Notes: a model not told the origin generated them from the sequence alone. DNA of 64,000 nt from Promethearchaeota archaeon (GCA_016839765.1 JAEOTP010000016.1:134785-198784); one strand, 5' to 3'. Counted from the first letter of the stretch, positions 1-10,925 are shown. Made by a program: numbers and translations.

Positions 1-2
1 TG

Positions 3-899
3 TGGTATTCAACTGATCAAATCTTAACATTCTGGATAATAAAGATAGTCTGCCCATTAGTTTTTAGTATATCTTGGTTATTTATTTTAATATTATTTGC
101 TAATCGTCTAGCAAATACCATGGATTCATTTGATGAAGTAATTGGTGTTGTGCCGTCAAGATTAAAGTTCTTTTATGGTATTAATGCAGTTTATATTCTT
201 TTTATATTTGTATTTCCAGTAATAACTCCTATTATTTCAGTTTTAAGTTTTGCTTCTTTTGCATGGCGTTTAACTACATTTAGAAAGGAAAATTGGGAGG
301 ATGATACAAAAGTTTCTTTTTTAACAAAGTTTACAATGGGGTTTTTTGCTTTAATTCCAATTTTTTGTACAATAAGTATTATACATAAATATTTAGATTT
401 ACCAATATTTTTATGGAATGAAATTTGGGTGCCTATTCTTCCTTATCTTTTTGACATTTCATATTCTCTATTCACAGCATTAGCCATTGGATCTTTAATT
501 ATTTTATTTTCAAATTCAGGAATAAGTGAATACGAACAGATCTTTGTTGATACTACTAAACAAAAGAAATATTGGAATGTCAGAATTTTAGAAGCATTTC
601 TATTTGCATTTTTCTTATTTTTAGATTTATATGATTACGAAGTCATTGAGTTTTTTTACATTGCTGGATTTGTTATAATAATATTTATATCTATTGTAAA
701 TTTTATTAGAGGAAAATCTAAATATAAAGGATTCAAGAGCCATTTATTTGGATACTTAATAGCAGCAGTTTTTATTGGATCAAATGTAGTATTTACCTCT
801 GATTCTGTGCTCTCTTTTAATTTAAGAATTTATAGTTTGTTAATTTCGGCAATCTTGTATATTGTTGTGCTAATTTATACTTTTTATCAAGTTGAGTAA
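3..899 (+). CDS. Multi-pass membrane protein, 5' end truncated by the window edge
   Basis: The frame is open from position 3 (WYSTDQILTFWII...) into the 120..899 ORF; many hydrophobic segments; no recognisable motif. Confidence 0.75.
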   Translation, partial: WYSTDQILTFWIIKIVCPLVFSISWLFILILFANRLANTMDSFDEVIGVVPSRLKFFYGINAVYILFIFVFPVITPIISVLSFASFAWRLTTFRKENWEDDTKVSFLTKFTMGFFALIPIFCTISIIHKYLDLPIFLWNEIWVPILPYLFDISYSLFTALAIGSLIILFSNSGISEYEQIFVDTTKQKKYWNVRILEAFLFAFFLFLDLYDYEVIEFFYIAGFVIIIFISIVNFIRGKSKYKGFKSHLFGYLIAAVFIGSNVVFTSDSVLSFNLRIYSLLISAILYIVVLIYTFYQVE

Positions 900-1190
900 T
901 TATAAAAAAGTAATTTATAGCGTTTCATATTCTATTTTCTTTTTACTTTAGAAAGGAAATAGTTATAGTAGTTTAAATTGAAAACAATGTGTGTTATATC
1001 TCTTCAGATTCTAAGTTGAATATTTTTTATATTAAAGAGAATAATAGGAAATATAACCTAGTAAAATAGTACAGAGTTATAAACTGATACTTTCTGTTTT
1101 TTTAAATTTCTACTCAATTAGAATATAAACTATTAAAAACCAGTATTTTATTTATAATTTTAAGCTATAATTTATTTAATAAAATAATTA

Positions 1191-3332
1191 GTGTGTGAGA
1201 GAATGAAAAAATTAAATGGAAAAACCTTAATGGTTATTACATTGTTCTTCGCATCACTATTTGCAACACCTGCTATGGTGGTTGGATCAACTCACGATGA
1301 TGGCTTCAAGCTTGATCAATTTGGAGATGGAACCGATATAATTGGTGGCTTTCAACAAGGTTTTGGATCATTATTTGGGGGTTTAGGTTACGGGGGTCAT
1401 TTAATAGGAAGAGTATTTGAAATCCTTTTTTTTGAAGGAATTAAAAACTTTAGTAAATCACAGATGTTACCAGGAGTCTATGTATTAAATGCTACTCTTG
1501 AAGATGCCCTTAAGAGTGAATCTAAAACTTTTTCTAACAAAGAAGAATATTATTTACTTCCTTTAGAATATGCTTTACCTTATAATACATTTTTTGCAGA
1601 TGAGGGATATGCATATTGCGAAGTCGTGAAGGATGGAACCTATGATTTTAATTTAAAGGCTGGAGCAGCAGTAACTTTAGTTATCTGGGATAACGATGGT
1701 TCTTTTATTGAGGCAGTTACGAAATTAATTAGATTTTTCCAACGAATAATGCCCGTTTTAGAAGGCAAAGAAATTCCAACGCTACGAGAGTTAGAAGATT
1801 TAATAGAGGAGGGGATTTCATTAATTACATGGTTTTTAATCCATATCAATGATATTTTTACGGGAGATGAATTAATCATGCTTAATCCTATTAGTTGGCA
1901 AGAATTAGCAATAACTCCTCAACCAACTTTCAGTATAACCAAACGGTGGATGGTTTCTGGAGACGATGGTATTCTCGGTAGTGGGGATGATAAAGAATTA
2001 AATGAAGCTAACTTCCCAGGAGTGGCAAATCTAATATTAGCAGACTGGTCAGATAGGGCTAATAATTCGAATGATTATTCAATGCAATGGACGTTTTCAA
2101 GCGAATCTATAAATCCTGCAAATGAGACTAGGTGGACGACATTTACCTTTGATCTAATCCAATTATGGGTTAAAAATTTTCATATAGAAATCAATGTTGG
2201 TGCTCTTCTTGAGGGATTTGCTGGCATGGGAGGTACAGGAATTGGGGCCCCTATCAATGTTGCAGATGTGTTTGGTGGTTGCAACATTGAGTTCTTCTTA
2301 TTTACGCACCATTTAGCTGGAGCATTCTTATATAATGACACAATTGTTCCTGATGGGGTCATCACTGCAGAATATGCGAGATTAAATAATACTAATACTG
2401 CTGATGGTAGACCTATTGATGTGCCTTACAGTTCAGAATTAACACATCGTATAGTATTAAACTCAGTTACAGATTTTGAATTTATTGATCCTTACGTTGA
2501 CAATGGGGAAATTAAATGGGGATTAAATCTTTGGGATGCACTTATTACTCCTGTTCCTCTTGGGGTTGAATTGGATACCTATCTAAATCAACCTCAGGAA
2601 CATTTAGATTATATATATTTCGGTTTTACGTTTGATCCTAATCCAAAATCTACAGTTACTGCCAGAGATGGTACTCAAGTTAATGTTTTGTATGGTGCGG
2701 TTAAATTGGATCAGTTTTTTGCTCCTTGGAACGATAATGTAAATCCTATTGCTATTAATAACATTGATAAGTTAGATTTATCGATCATTTATGTTTCTAC
2801 TGTTTTACACTTCCAATTAAATGTCGAAACTTATGGAGAGGATCCTGAGAAACCTGAGTTTAGATTAGACCCCGATGATGATTATATAGAAACAGAAGAT
2901 AAGCTCATGATTGGAGATTATCTTGATGGTAAAGTGGGACAACAATTAGAGTTCGTAGATATTGCTGGACCTTATTATGAAGTTGGCAATGATACAGCGA
3001 GAAATCAATATGATGCAAGCACTGCTATTATTCCGGTTGCATTATGGTATCATGAAATGGAAAGACACGACACATTCGAAGATCCATCTGGAGAAATGTA
3101 TACAACCTTTGCTACTGATATTTCAATTAATGTAACTTTCAATGTTTTGGTATATGCTGTTTGTTATCCTAAGTTTAATGATGGTAGTGGTGTATGGCAT
3201 GATCCTACTTTCAGTATATATATGATTTTTGAAGCTAAAGGATTCTGGGCAATAATACTTTTAGTTGCAGGTGTTGGTTTAGTTGGTGTAGCAACAATTT
3301 TAATCAAAAGGCGAAAAGACGCCCGATTTTAA
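1191..3332 (+). CDS. Large secreted, C-terminally membrane-anchored cell-surface protein (likely start ATG 1203)
   Basis: Signal-like N-terminus (MKKLNGKTLMVITLFFASLFA), acidic body with many N-x-S/T sequons, C-terminal TM helix plus basic tail (FWAIILLVAGVGLVGVATILIKRRK). Confidence 0.8.
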   Translation: MCERMKKLNGKTLMVITLFFASLFATPAMVVGSTHDDGFKLDQFGDGTDIIGGFQQGFGSLFGGLGYGGHLIGRVFEILFFEGIKNFSKSQMLPGVYVLNATLEDALKSESKTFSNKEEYYLLPLEYALPYNTFFADEGYAYCEVVKDGTYDFNLKAGAAVTLVIWDNDGSFIEAVTKLIRFFQRIMPVLEGKEIPTLRELEDLIEEGISLITWFLIHINDIFTGDELIMLNPISWQELAITPQPTFSITKRWMVSGDDGILGSGDDKELNEANFPGVANLILADWSDRANNSNDYSMQWTFSSESINPANETRWTTFTFDLIQLWVKNFHIEINVGALLEGFAGMGGTGIGAPINVADVFGGCNIEFFLFTHHLAGAFLYNDTIVPDGVITAEYARLNNTNTADGRPIDVPYSSELTHRIVLNSVTDFEFIDPYVDNGEIKWGLNLWDALITPVPLGVELDTYLNQPQEHLDYIYFGFTFDPNPKSTVTARDGTQVNVLYGAVKLDQFFAPWNDNVNPIAINNIDKLDLSIIYVSTVLHFQLNVETYGEDPEKPEFRLDPDDDYIETEDKLMIGDYLDGKVGQQLEFVDIAGPYYEVGNDTARNQYDASTAIIPVALWYHEMERHDTFEDPSGEMYTTFATDISINVTFNVLVYAVCYPKFNDGSGVWHDPTFSIYMIFEAKGFWAIILLVAGVGLVGVATILIKRRKDARF

Positions 3333-3347
3333 ATCTAAATTTAATCT

Positions 3348-3367
3348 ATTTTTTTTATTTTTTTTTT
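3348..3367 (+). terminator. Archaeal oligo-T terminator
   Basis: Long T tracts just after the stop at 3332. Confidence 0.5.
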
Positions 3368-3554
3368 AATTTTACTATTTTTTAGATTTTCCTTAATTGA
3401 ATAGTGAATATGACTAATTCAAAATTATAATCTTTATAAATATGATCTGTATAGAATCCAAATAGTTACAATTATGATTGATTCAAATGGAAAGAATACC
3501 GAAAGTAATAATAGTATGTTACATTAAAATAATCACATTTTTAATAATAAATAA

Positions 3555-5396
3555 GTGCAGAAAATGCCAGTAAAAAAAGAAGATAAGTATCAAATAAACG
3601 AGAATAAACGATGGTTTCAAAAATGGTGGCCCGAAGGTGTTCCCAAAAATGTTGTTTTCGAAGAAAAAACTCTAAGTGATTTTTTAGATGAACAAGTTAA
3701 AAAATATGCTGATAACAACTTTATTTGGTTTTTAGAGACATGGGTGACTTATAAGGAATTTCATGATTATGTAGAGAGATTTGCTACAGCTTTACATAAT
3801 CTAGGAGTAAAAAAGGGGGATGTCGTTGCATTACTTATGGGAAATTGTATTCAATATTTAGTTGGATACTTTGCAACTGTTAGATTAGGAGCGATTGCTA
3901 CAGGTATTAATCCAACTTATAAACCATTAGAGATTCTCCATCAATTGAAATTAACTAAAGCTAGAGTATTAATTACATATGATGCTTCCTTTGATGAGAA
4001 GAGTAAATCTCGTATTAAGAAGAATTTGCCATATATAGGAGACATAATAGAAAAATCAAATCTAGAGATTTTCATTTATACAAACCTCGCAGATTTAGCT
4101 CATGGTTTAGGCTTTAAACGTACATTAGGTAAAATGTTAGGTATGATCCCTAAAGGAAAAGTGAACATCCCTGGTGCTCATAATTTTATGGATTTGCTAA
4201 ATACAGAACCAGGCGCACCAAAAGTAGATATCGATGTTAAAACAACTCCAGCAACCTATATAATGACAGGAGGAACTACAGGATTACCCAAAGCAGCAGT
4301 GTTAACTCATTTTAATTGTGTTTCAAATGCAAAACAATGTATGTATTGGTTAGGTGGTGAAAAGCCTGGTATTGGAAATATGGGAGTTCTTCCATTTTTC
4401 CATAGTTTTGGACACACAGTTGTTATGAATACTACTATTGCGTTTGGAGGTTGGATAATGCTATTTCCTACACCACCCCCAACTGAAGAATTATTAGAAC
4501 ATATCGAAGAGCTCCCTGCCCCAGAAGGTTTAGTATATGCTGGAGCAGAGATATTATTTAAACGGATTGCTGATTTTCCTCATTTAGAAAAGTTTCCCCG
4601 TCTTATGGGAAAGTTAAAGTTAAGCGTATCGGGTGCAGGTCCTTTACATGCTCCTGTGAGGGATGCTTTTGAGAAAAGTACAGGCGGTAGGATTGTCGAA
4701 GGATATGGACTTTCAGAGGCAAGTCCAGTAGTGAGTGCGGGAAATTTATTTGGTGAAAGCCCAATTGGTACAATTGGTATGCCATTTCCAGGTACAGAAT
4801 GGGGTATCTGGCCATCAGAAGATTTTAATGCAGGTCCTATTTGTTTAGGTAATCCAGATAATAGTAATTTTGGAGAAGACCATACTGGAGAAATTTGTTG
4901 TCATGGCCCTCAAGTAATGTTCGAATATCTAAACCAACCAGAAGAAACTGCTGAAACTATTAAAGATTATAATGGAAAATTGTGGCTACTAACCGGTGAT
5001 ATTGGTTTTATGAATGAGGACGGAACCATTGAAATCCGGGATCGAAAAAAACAACTAATTAAAGTTGCGGGACATTCTGTATTTCCAAAAGAAGTTGAGT
5101 CAATGTTAATGAAGAATGAAGCTGTATCTGAAGCAGCTGTTGCAGGATTACCAGACCCAGCTGGAAAGGTTGGAGAGATAACTAAAGCATGGGTAGAACT
5201 TCGACCTGAATATGTAGGGAAAATAAGTGAGGATGAATTAAAGGAATGGGCTAAGGAAAACATTACCCACTGGAAAGCTCCAGCAATTATTGAATTCATA
5301 AATGAGGTTCCAAAAAGTGTCCTTGGAAAAGTTCAGCGTAGAATATTACAAATAAACGATCCAATTTATAAGGAAAAATATGGAGAAGCTGAATAA
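3555..5396 (+). CDS. Long-chain fatty acid--CoA ligase (AMP-binding/ANL family)
   Basis: MTGGTTGLPK, EGYGLSEAS, TGDIG, DRKKQLIK and PKSVLGKV motifs. Confidence 0.93.
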   Translation: MQKMPVKKEDKYQINENKRWFQKWWPEGVPKNVVFEEKTLSDFLDEQVKKYADNNFIWFLETWVTYKEFHDYVERFATALHNLGVKKGDVVALLMGNCIQYLVGYFATVRLGAIATGINPTYKPLEILHQLKLTKARVLITYDASFDEKSKSRIKKNLPYIGDIIEKSNLEIFIYTNLADLAHGLGFKRTLGKMLGMIPKGKVNIPGAHNFMDLLNTEPGAPKVDIDVKTTPATYIMTGGTTGLPKAAVLTHFNCVSNAKQCMYWLGGEKPGIGNMGVLPFFHSFGHTVVMNTTIAFGGWIMLFPTPPPTEELLEHIEELPAPEGLVYAGAEILFKRIADFPHLEKFPRLMGKLKLSVSGAGPLHAPVRDAFEKSTGGRIVEGYGLSEASPVVSAGNLFGESPIGTIGMPFPGTEWGIWPSEDFNAGPICLGNPDNSNFGEDHTGEICCHGPQVMFEYLNQPEETAETIKDYNGKLWLLTGDIGFMNEDGTIEIRDRKKQLIKVAGHSVFPKEVESMLMKNEAVSEAAVAGLPDPAGKVGEITKAWVELRPEYVGKISEDELKEWAKENITHWKAPAIIEFINEVPKSVLGKVQRRILQINDPIYKEKYGEAE

Positions 5397-5457
5397 ATTA
5401 TCCTATTTAAATTTTTTTCATTTTTAATTACTTTTTAATAGAATCGAATACTAAATA

Positions 5458-5472
5458 TTATGTCCGACATAA
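5458..5472. promoter_or_regulatory. Perfect palindrome TTATGTC-C-GACATAA, candidate operator
   Basis: 7-bp arms with a 1-nt spacer, about 160 bp upstream of a wHTH gene. Confidence 0.45.
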
Positions 5473-5632
5473 ACCCAAATGATAATAGATTCGTTAAATA
5501 AATTAAAAGTTCTAGTATATTAGAAAGTCAATTATTAAAAGTTTCCATTTTTATTAATAATCTAACAAAAAATTCTTTAAAAGCCATAAAATAGGAGGAT
5601 CTCATAAAATTACTGAACTAAACATATTTGTT

Positions 5633-6475
5633 TTGGATAAATTAATTCGAGAATTTGCTCCCGAGCTTTCTGATATTTACAATATTAGAGAGGATGAATC
5701 TGAAGAACAACAAGTAAAAACTGGACGCCTTCATGAAAATCGCATTTTAGGAATAATGCTAAAATTTTATGTTGATGGTAAGAGAAAGGTTACAACTCGA
5801 GATGTGGAATTAGAGTATAAAAAGTATTTTAAGGAGATCGCAAGATCTACTATTTCAACTTATTTAAATATGCTAAAAAAAGAATCTACTTTATTCAAAG
5901 AAAGGGATGGGAGATTAGTTTACTATATCTTTTATGAGGATCCTCCAACTAATATCAATCCGTTTTGGTTTACTAGAATTTTTTGCGTTGATCCTGTTTA
6001 TTTTTTCAGAGCTATTTATTTTTCAAGTATTTATTCAATAGCTGAAAAAATAGTACAAGAATATGTTATTAATGGAAATTACAAAGAGGTATTATGTAAT
6101 TTCAAATTTTTAATTGGCTTGACAGTTTTATATACTCTTAGAAATAAGGTAAACAAATGTGTATTATGCCAATTCGGTAAATATGAAAAGTATGATAATC
6201 TTAAAGAAACATTAGGGATGGCCATAAAAGCGAAAACGGATGTATTACCTGATGAATTATTAGAATTTTTGAAGGATAAATATTCAGAAATACCTTTTTT
6301 CGGTGGGATTAATTTTAGCACTGATCAGCAAGAGGTTAATATGATTAAACAGCTTTTAGAGTTTGCAAATAGATATAAGAAAGATATAGAATTTCAACTT
6401 ATGGTATTAAATAGAAGAATCGAAACGAAAGCTATTGAAAAAACCCCAATTGAGTCTAGTGAATTGGATTCGTAA
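5633..6475 (+). CDS. Winged helix-turn-helix DNA-binding protein with unknown C-terminal domain
   Basis: IARSTISTYLNMLKKE...KERDGRLVYY helix-plus-wing pattern; CVLC later in the protein; TTG start. Confidence 0.7.
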   Translation: MDKLIREFAPELSDIYNIREDESEEQQVKTGRLHENRILGIMLKFYVDGKRKVTTRDVELEYKKYFKEIARSTISTYLNMLKKESTLFKERDGRLVYYIFYEDPPTNINPFWFTRIFCVDPVYFFRAIYFSSIYSIAEKIVQEYVINGNYKEVLCNFKFLIGLTVLYTLRNKVNKCVLCQFGKYEKYDNLKETLGMAIKAKTDVLPDELLEFLKDKYSEIPFFGGINFSTDQQEVNMIKQLLEFANRYKKDIEFQLMVLNRRIETKAIEKTPIESSELDS

Positions 6476-6521
6476 GAGGAAAAAGCAATTTTACTAATAA
6501 TTTTATTATAAAAAAGGAATC

Positions 6522-7049
6522 CTAAAAATTAGAATTATTTATCATTAATCTTGTTAATGCCTCAAAAGTTTCCTCAACATTCTCTCCAGTCTTACTTGAG
6601 CATTCAATAAATCCATCGGTACCCCTTGATTGAGCAATTTTAATTCCTTCTTTGGGAGTTATCTCACGATTGGAAGCAAGATCAGCTTTACCACCAACAA
6701 CGATAATGGGAAATTCATCTTCTACTTTAATTTCTTTTCGTATAACAGTTAACCAATCATCGATGTGAGCAATAGATGCGTAATTTGTAATATCATACAT
6801 GAATAAGCCACCTTTCGCTCCTCTTACATAAGTAGGAAGTAAAAATCTAAATCGTTCTTCTCCACCAAAATCCCAGATTTGTAATTTTACCTTTTTACTT
6901 TCGACTTCTAAGCTTTTAACTTCAAAATCAACTCCAATTGTCATTTTAGAGTCAGATACGAATAGATTAGTTAAAAATCTCTGAGTTAAAGTGGTTTTCC
7001 CACATCCTGCATCTCCAAAAATAACGATCTTAAAGGTGGCGTCATACAT
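6522..7049 (-). CDS. Rab/Ras-like small GTPase with variant G3/G4 motifs
   Basis: GDAGCGKTT, TIGVDF, WDFGGEERF, GGKAD, CSSK. Confidence 0.93.
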   Translation of the reverse strand: MYDATFKIVIFGDAGCGKTTLTQRFLTNLFVSDSKMTIGVDFEVKSLEVESKKVKLQIWDFGGEERFRFLLPTYVRGAKGGLFMYDITNYASIAHIDDWLTVIRKEIKVEDEFPIIVVGGKADLASNREITPKEGIKIAQSRGTDGFIECSSKTGENVEETFEALTRLMINNSNF

Positions 7050-7312
7050 TTTACTATTCTACCTTTATGCATTCCTGTAATGGATTTTTTTAGTTTTCTT
7101 GTCTAAAGTGTATTTTTAGTTCGTATTATTATTAATTTGATTTCTATAATAAATGATCTTCTTCATATATATAAATCTTCAAATGATACATTAGAAAAAT
7201 ATCTTATACTCTTAAAAATTTATTAAAAGTTCCTATTAAAAAAATTATCGAATTTGGAAGAGTCGACAAAATTATAACTTTATATTTTTTATTTATTTCA
7301 TATCATTAATTT

Positions 7313-8635
7313 TTGAATCTGAGAATCATGCAGAAGCAAATAGAATGGTCAAAATACTTTAATTTTGATCAAGAAAAAAAAATAAAATTATTGAAAAGTG
7401 TGGGAGCAAAAAAGATTTATGCCATGGCTTTAATGCCGATTAGAGGTCCACATGGTTTCAGGAAATTAGACTATGAATTTGCTGAGAAGAAATTAGAAGT
7501 AAATGAGATAATGAACAGATTAGAAGATTATCTTTTTAATGTATTTGGTTTAGTAATAAAAGATACAGATGGAGCATGTGTATGGGATACAGAGGTAGGG
7601 TGGAATCCTACAAATCGTGATATTTTAGGAGAATTTTGTGATGCTGGCAAAGAACGAAATATCCAAATAATGGTTGCTTTTACTAGTATGAATGATGCTT
7701 ATCAAGGTTCTTTACACCCTGAAAGAGTAAGCATCCACGGAAGAAATGGTGAAAAATTGGGTAAAAAATACAAAAAAGGAGATATTTCAACTCATAACGC
7801 TTATGAAATGAGAGTCGACTTACCTGAGGGTATAGCATTTGAGGATTACCAGAAGAAAATCCCTTTTTTGACTAGTGAAATCGATCTAAAAATAGGAAAA
7901 TCTAGAGATTCAAGGGGATCTGGATATATTCCAACAGAAAGTTTTATGTGCCCTAATAGCAATCATATTGATTATTTAATAGGATTAACTCGAGAAGTAG
8001 TTAAAAATTATCCTATTAAAGCTTTTACAGCAGACTATATAAGATATGACGGCCATTTCACTGATTTATGTGCATGTTCTCGATGTGTGACTAAATTTAA
8101 AGAAAACTATGGCCATAAATCCAAACTATTGAAAGGAAAAGAATGGTATGAGTTTAAAACAGATACGATAGCAAGTTATGCCCAAAAATTACAAAAAACC
8201 GTAAAAAATATTGATAATACCTGCCTTACGGGTTGGTATAGTCAAGTGGGACCTAAAAATTTAGTAACAATTAAAAGACATGGACAAGACTGGAGCAAAC
8301 TTTCTTCAATTTTGGATATCTCAATTCCTATGGAATACCCTTATTTAGGGGGTACTAGAGATGACGGATTTTTTTGGGGAAAAGTTGGAGATTTCTTCTT
8401 TTGGTATTTTCTTAGAAATATGAAAAAAAGAGCACATGAATATAAAGGTCCTGTTTTAGCAGTTACAAATTCAGTTGAATGTAGTGTGAAGGAAATGCTA
8501 AAACAGATGAGAAGTTTTGATTTTGGCTTAGGTATCGCATTATTTAAATATTTTGGAACGACAGAGGATCAGTGGAGAGCCTTAAAGGAATATGCAGAAA
8601 ATGAAATTGGTTTAGAAAATTTAATTTTTAGTTAA
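7313..8635 (+). CDS. Glycoside-hydrolase-like TIM-barrel protein (GHL10/DUF187-like)
   Basis: FMCPNS...ADYIRYDG...CACSRC...F and GQDW...PMEY patterns typical of GHL families. Confidence 0.55.
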   Translation: MNLRIMQKQIEWSKYFNFDQEKKIKLLKSVGAKKIYAMALMPIRGPHGFRKLDYEFAEKKLEVNEIMNRLEDYLFNVFGLVIKDTDGACVWDTEVGWNPTNRDILGEFCDAGKERNIQIMVAFTSMNDAYQGSLHPERVSIHGRNGEKLGKKYKKGDISTHNAYEMRVDLPEGIAFEDYQKKIPFLTSEIDLKIGKSRDSRGSGYIPTESFMCPNSNHIDYLIGLTREVVKNYPIKAFTADYIRYDGHFTDLCACSRCVTKFKENYGHKSKLLKGKEWYEFKTDTIASYAQKLQKTVKNIDNTCLTGWYSQVGPKNLVTIKRHGQDWSKLSSILDISIPMEYPYLGGTRDDGFFWGKVGDFFFWYFLRNMKKRAHEYKGPVLAVTNSVECSVKEMLKQMRSFDFGLGIALFKYFGTTEDQWRALKEYAENEIGLENLIFS

Positions 8636-9207
8636 TTGATATTTCTTATCTCTTTAAATCGAAAACAATTTATGATATGATCATTAACTAAACCAACAGC
8701 TTGCATGAATGCATAAACTATCGTTGAACCTACGAACTTAAAACCTCGTTTTTTTAAAGCTTTACTTATTTTTTCAGAAAGTGTTGTATGTGAAGGTAGT
8801 TCATCTAACGATTTCCATGCATTATGAATAGTCTTTTGATTAACAAAGTTCCATATATATTTATCAAAAGATCCAAATTCTTTCTGAATTTTGATAAAAC
8901 TTTTAGCATTCGTAATTATTGATTGAATTTTTAAGCGATTTCTTATAATTCCTTTATTCTGAAGAAGTTTTTCTATTTTTTCTTCATCATACAATAAAAT
9001 TTTGTTATAATCAAAATTATCAAATGCTTTTCTGAAATTTTCTCGTTTTTGGAGTATGGTGTTCCAACTTAAACCAGCTTGCATACCTTCTAATATTAAA
9101 AACTCAAAGAGCATTTGATCATTATGCTCAGGAGATCCCCATTCTTTATCATGATATTGTTTCATTAAGGCATTTGAATTAGCCCATTCACATCTTTTCA
9201 TCATCAT
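8632..9207 (-). CDS. tag: DNA-3-methyladenine glycosylase I
   Basis: RCEWA...YHDKEWG, LEGMQAGLSW, IIRNRLKI, GFKFVG, GLVNDH...C. Confidence 0.96.
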   Translation of the reverse strand: MMMKRCEWANSNALMKQYHDKEWGSPEHNDQMLFEFLILEGMQAGLSWNTILQKRENFRKAFDNFDYNKILLYDEEKIEKLLQNKGIIRNRLKIQSIITNAKSFIKIQKEFGSFDKYIWNFVNQKTIHNAWKSLDELPSHTTLSEKISKALKKRGFKFVGSTIVYAFMQAVGLVNDHIINCFRFKEIRNIN

Positions 9208-9305
9208 AAATACTAGATTCTTATATTATTTGAACTTATTACCAAATCATTATTATTTTATTTTCTTATAAATTAATAAATTATAATTTTTAGGATGTCT
9301 CAAAA

Positions 9306-9665
9306 ATGGAAAAATTAGCAATTAAAAAGGCTATTCTAGATTATTATCATGAAGGGCATGCAAAAAGCGATCCAGAACTGTATAAAGAAATTCTACATGA
9401 TGAGTGGAAATTTTTTCTATTTCATGAGGATGGAAGGCTAAGAATTGTAGATAAACATGAATATATCTCGTGGTATAATCCTGATGAAGTTGATGAGAGA
9501 TTAACTTGGAAAACGCAATTTCATTACATTGACGTTACAGAAAATATTGGAGCTGTAAAGCTCAGAATTGAATGCGAGGAAGTGGGCTACATTGACTACT
9601 TTAATCTTATGAAAATTAATGGAAAATGGTGGATCGTCCATAAAATCTCCCACAAAATTAAATAA
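9306..9665 (+). CDS. NTF2-like (lumazine-binding-type) protein
   Basis: IKKAILDYYHEG...YIDYFNLMKINGKWWIVHK signature. Confidence 0.8.
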   Translation: MEKLAIKKAILDYYHEGHAKSDPELYKEILHDEWKFFLFHEDGRLRIVDKHEYISWYNPDEVDERLTWKTQFHYIDVTENIGAVKLRIECEEVGYIDYFNLMKINGKWWIVHKISHKIK

Positions 9666-9798
9666 GAGTCAAATTCTTTACTAAGTAATCTAAGCAGCTA
9701 TTATCAATTTATATATGTTAATTATATTAATCTATTTATTAAAATAATTTTTAATTTAGTAGATTAAAAATATAAAGTATCTTTTTTTATAGATAGAT

Positions 9799-10287
9799 AT
9801 GAATTATTGTCCTTATTGTGGTAGTAATGTAGAATCTTCTTGGAAAGTCTGTGCAAATTGCGGGCATAAAATAGTTGATGAAGAAATTTCTACCATAACC
9901 CAAAAAGAACCAGAAATACAAACTGAAAAAGTTGAGGTTGAAATTCCTAAATCAGATAAAGTTTATCACAGACCGCAAGCGTATCAAACCTCTCCAACAA
10001 GAGCAAATGGAATCACTGCTTTAGTAGTTGGAATTATTGGTTTTAGTTGGTCCTTCTCTCTTATAATACTTAGAATTCTTAATTTATATTCAGCGTCTGG
10101 TTTTATGGTTGGAAATCTATTCACTGTTATGTTGGGTATCATAGCTATTATTTTTGGAATTGTTGGAATTAGTAAAGATGATTCAAAAGGAATGGGAGTT
10201 GCTGGTTTGATATTAGGAATTGCTAATATAATATGCTTAATAATTCGGTTTGTTATATTTTTCATTCCCTGGCCTTCTTACCCGTAG
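9799..10287 (+). CDS. Zinc-ribbon + DUF4190-like membrane protein, paralog 1
   Basis: CPYCG...CANCG N-terminus; three TM helices; GMGVAGLILG motif. Confidence 0.85.
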   Translation: MNYCPYCGSNVESSWKVCANCGHKIVDEEISTITQKEPEIQTEKVEVEIPKSDKVYHRPQAYQTSPTRANGITALVVGIIGFSWSFSLIILRILNLYSASGFMVGNLFTVMLGIIAIIFGIVGISKDDSKGMGVAGLILGIANIICLIIRFVIFFIPWPSYP

Positions 10288-10448
10288 ATATAAATACAGA
10301 ACTACATTGAATACATTTATAGCAAAATGATTGGTTTCTCAATCCGTTTCTTATTTTAAAGTTAAAAAGATTTTATTATAACCACTTACAAAGAAATGTT
10401 TCTAATTACTAAAAAAGAAATATATATTTTGTTTTTCTAGAGATAAAT

Positions 10449-10925
10449 ATGAATTATTGTCCTAATTGTGGTAGTAATGTAGAATCTTCTTGGAAAGTTT
10501 GTGCAAACTGTGGTCATAGATTAGTAGATGAAGAAACTTCTGTAAAAACTCAGGAAGAACCAGAAAGCCAAGCTAAAAAAGTTGAAGTTGTAACACCCAA
10601 ACCCTCCTATGTTTATGTCAAACCACAAAGAAAATATGGAATCACTGCTTTAATACTCGGAATAATTGGTTTTAGCTTGTCGTTTTTGATTATGGCACTC
10701 AGGACTATTGGTTTTAGTGCACTAGATTACATTAGCATCTTAATAGCTGGCAATGCGATTAGTCTTATATTGAGTATTTTAGCTGTTATTTTTGGAATTC
10801 TTGGGATTGCTAAAGACGATTCAAGAGGAATGGGGATTGCTGGTTTGATTTTAGGAGTTCTTAATATTATGGGAGTTTTCGTCAGGTTTGGTGTATTTAT
10901 GGGAGAAATTAGCCCATATTACTAA
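10449..10925 (+). CDS. Zinc-ribbon + DUF4190-like membrane protein, paralog 2 (tandem duplicate)
   Basis: First ~85 nt nearly identical to paralog 1; same architecture. Confidence 0.85.
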   Translation: MNYCPNCGSNVESSWKVCANCGHRLVDEETSVKTQEEPESQAKKVEVVTPKPSYVYVKPQRKYGITALILGIIGFSLSFLIMALRTIGFSALDYISILIAGNAISLILSILAVIFGILGIAKDDSRGMGIAGLILGVLNIMGVFVRFGVFMGEISPYY

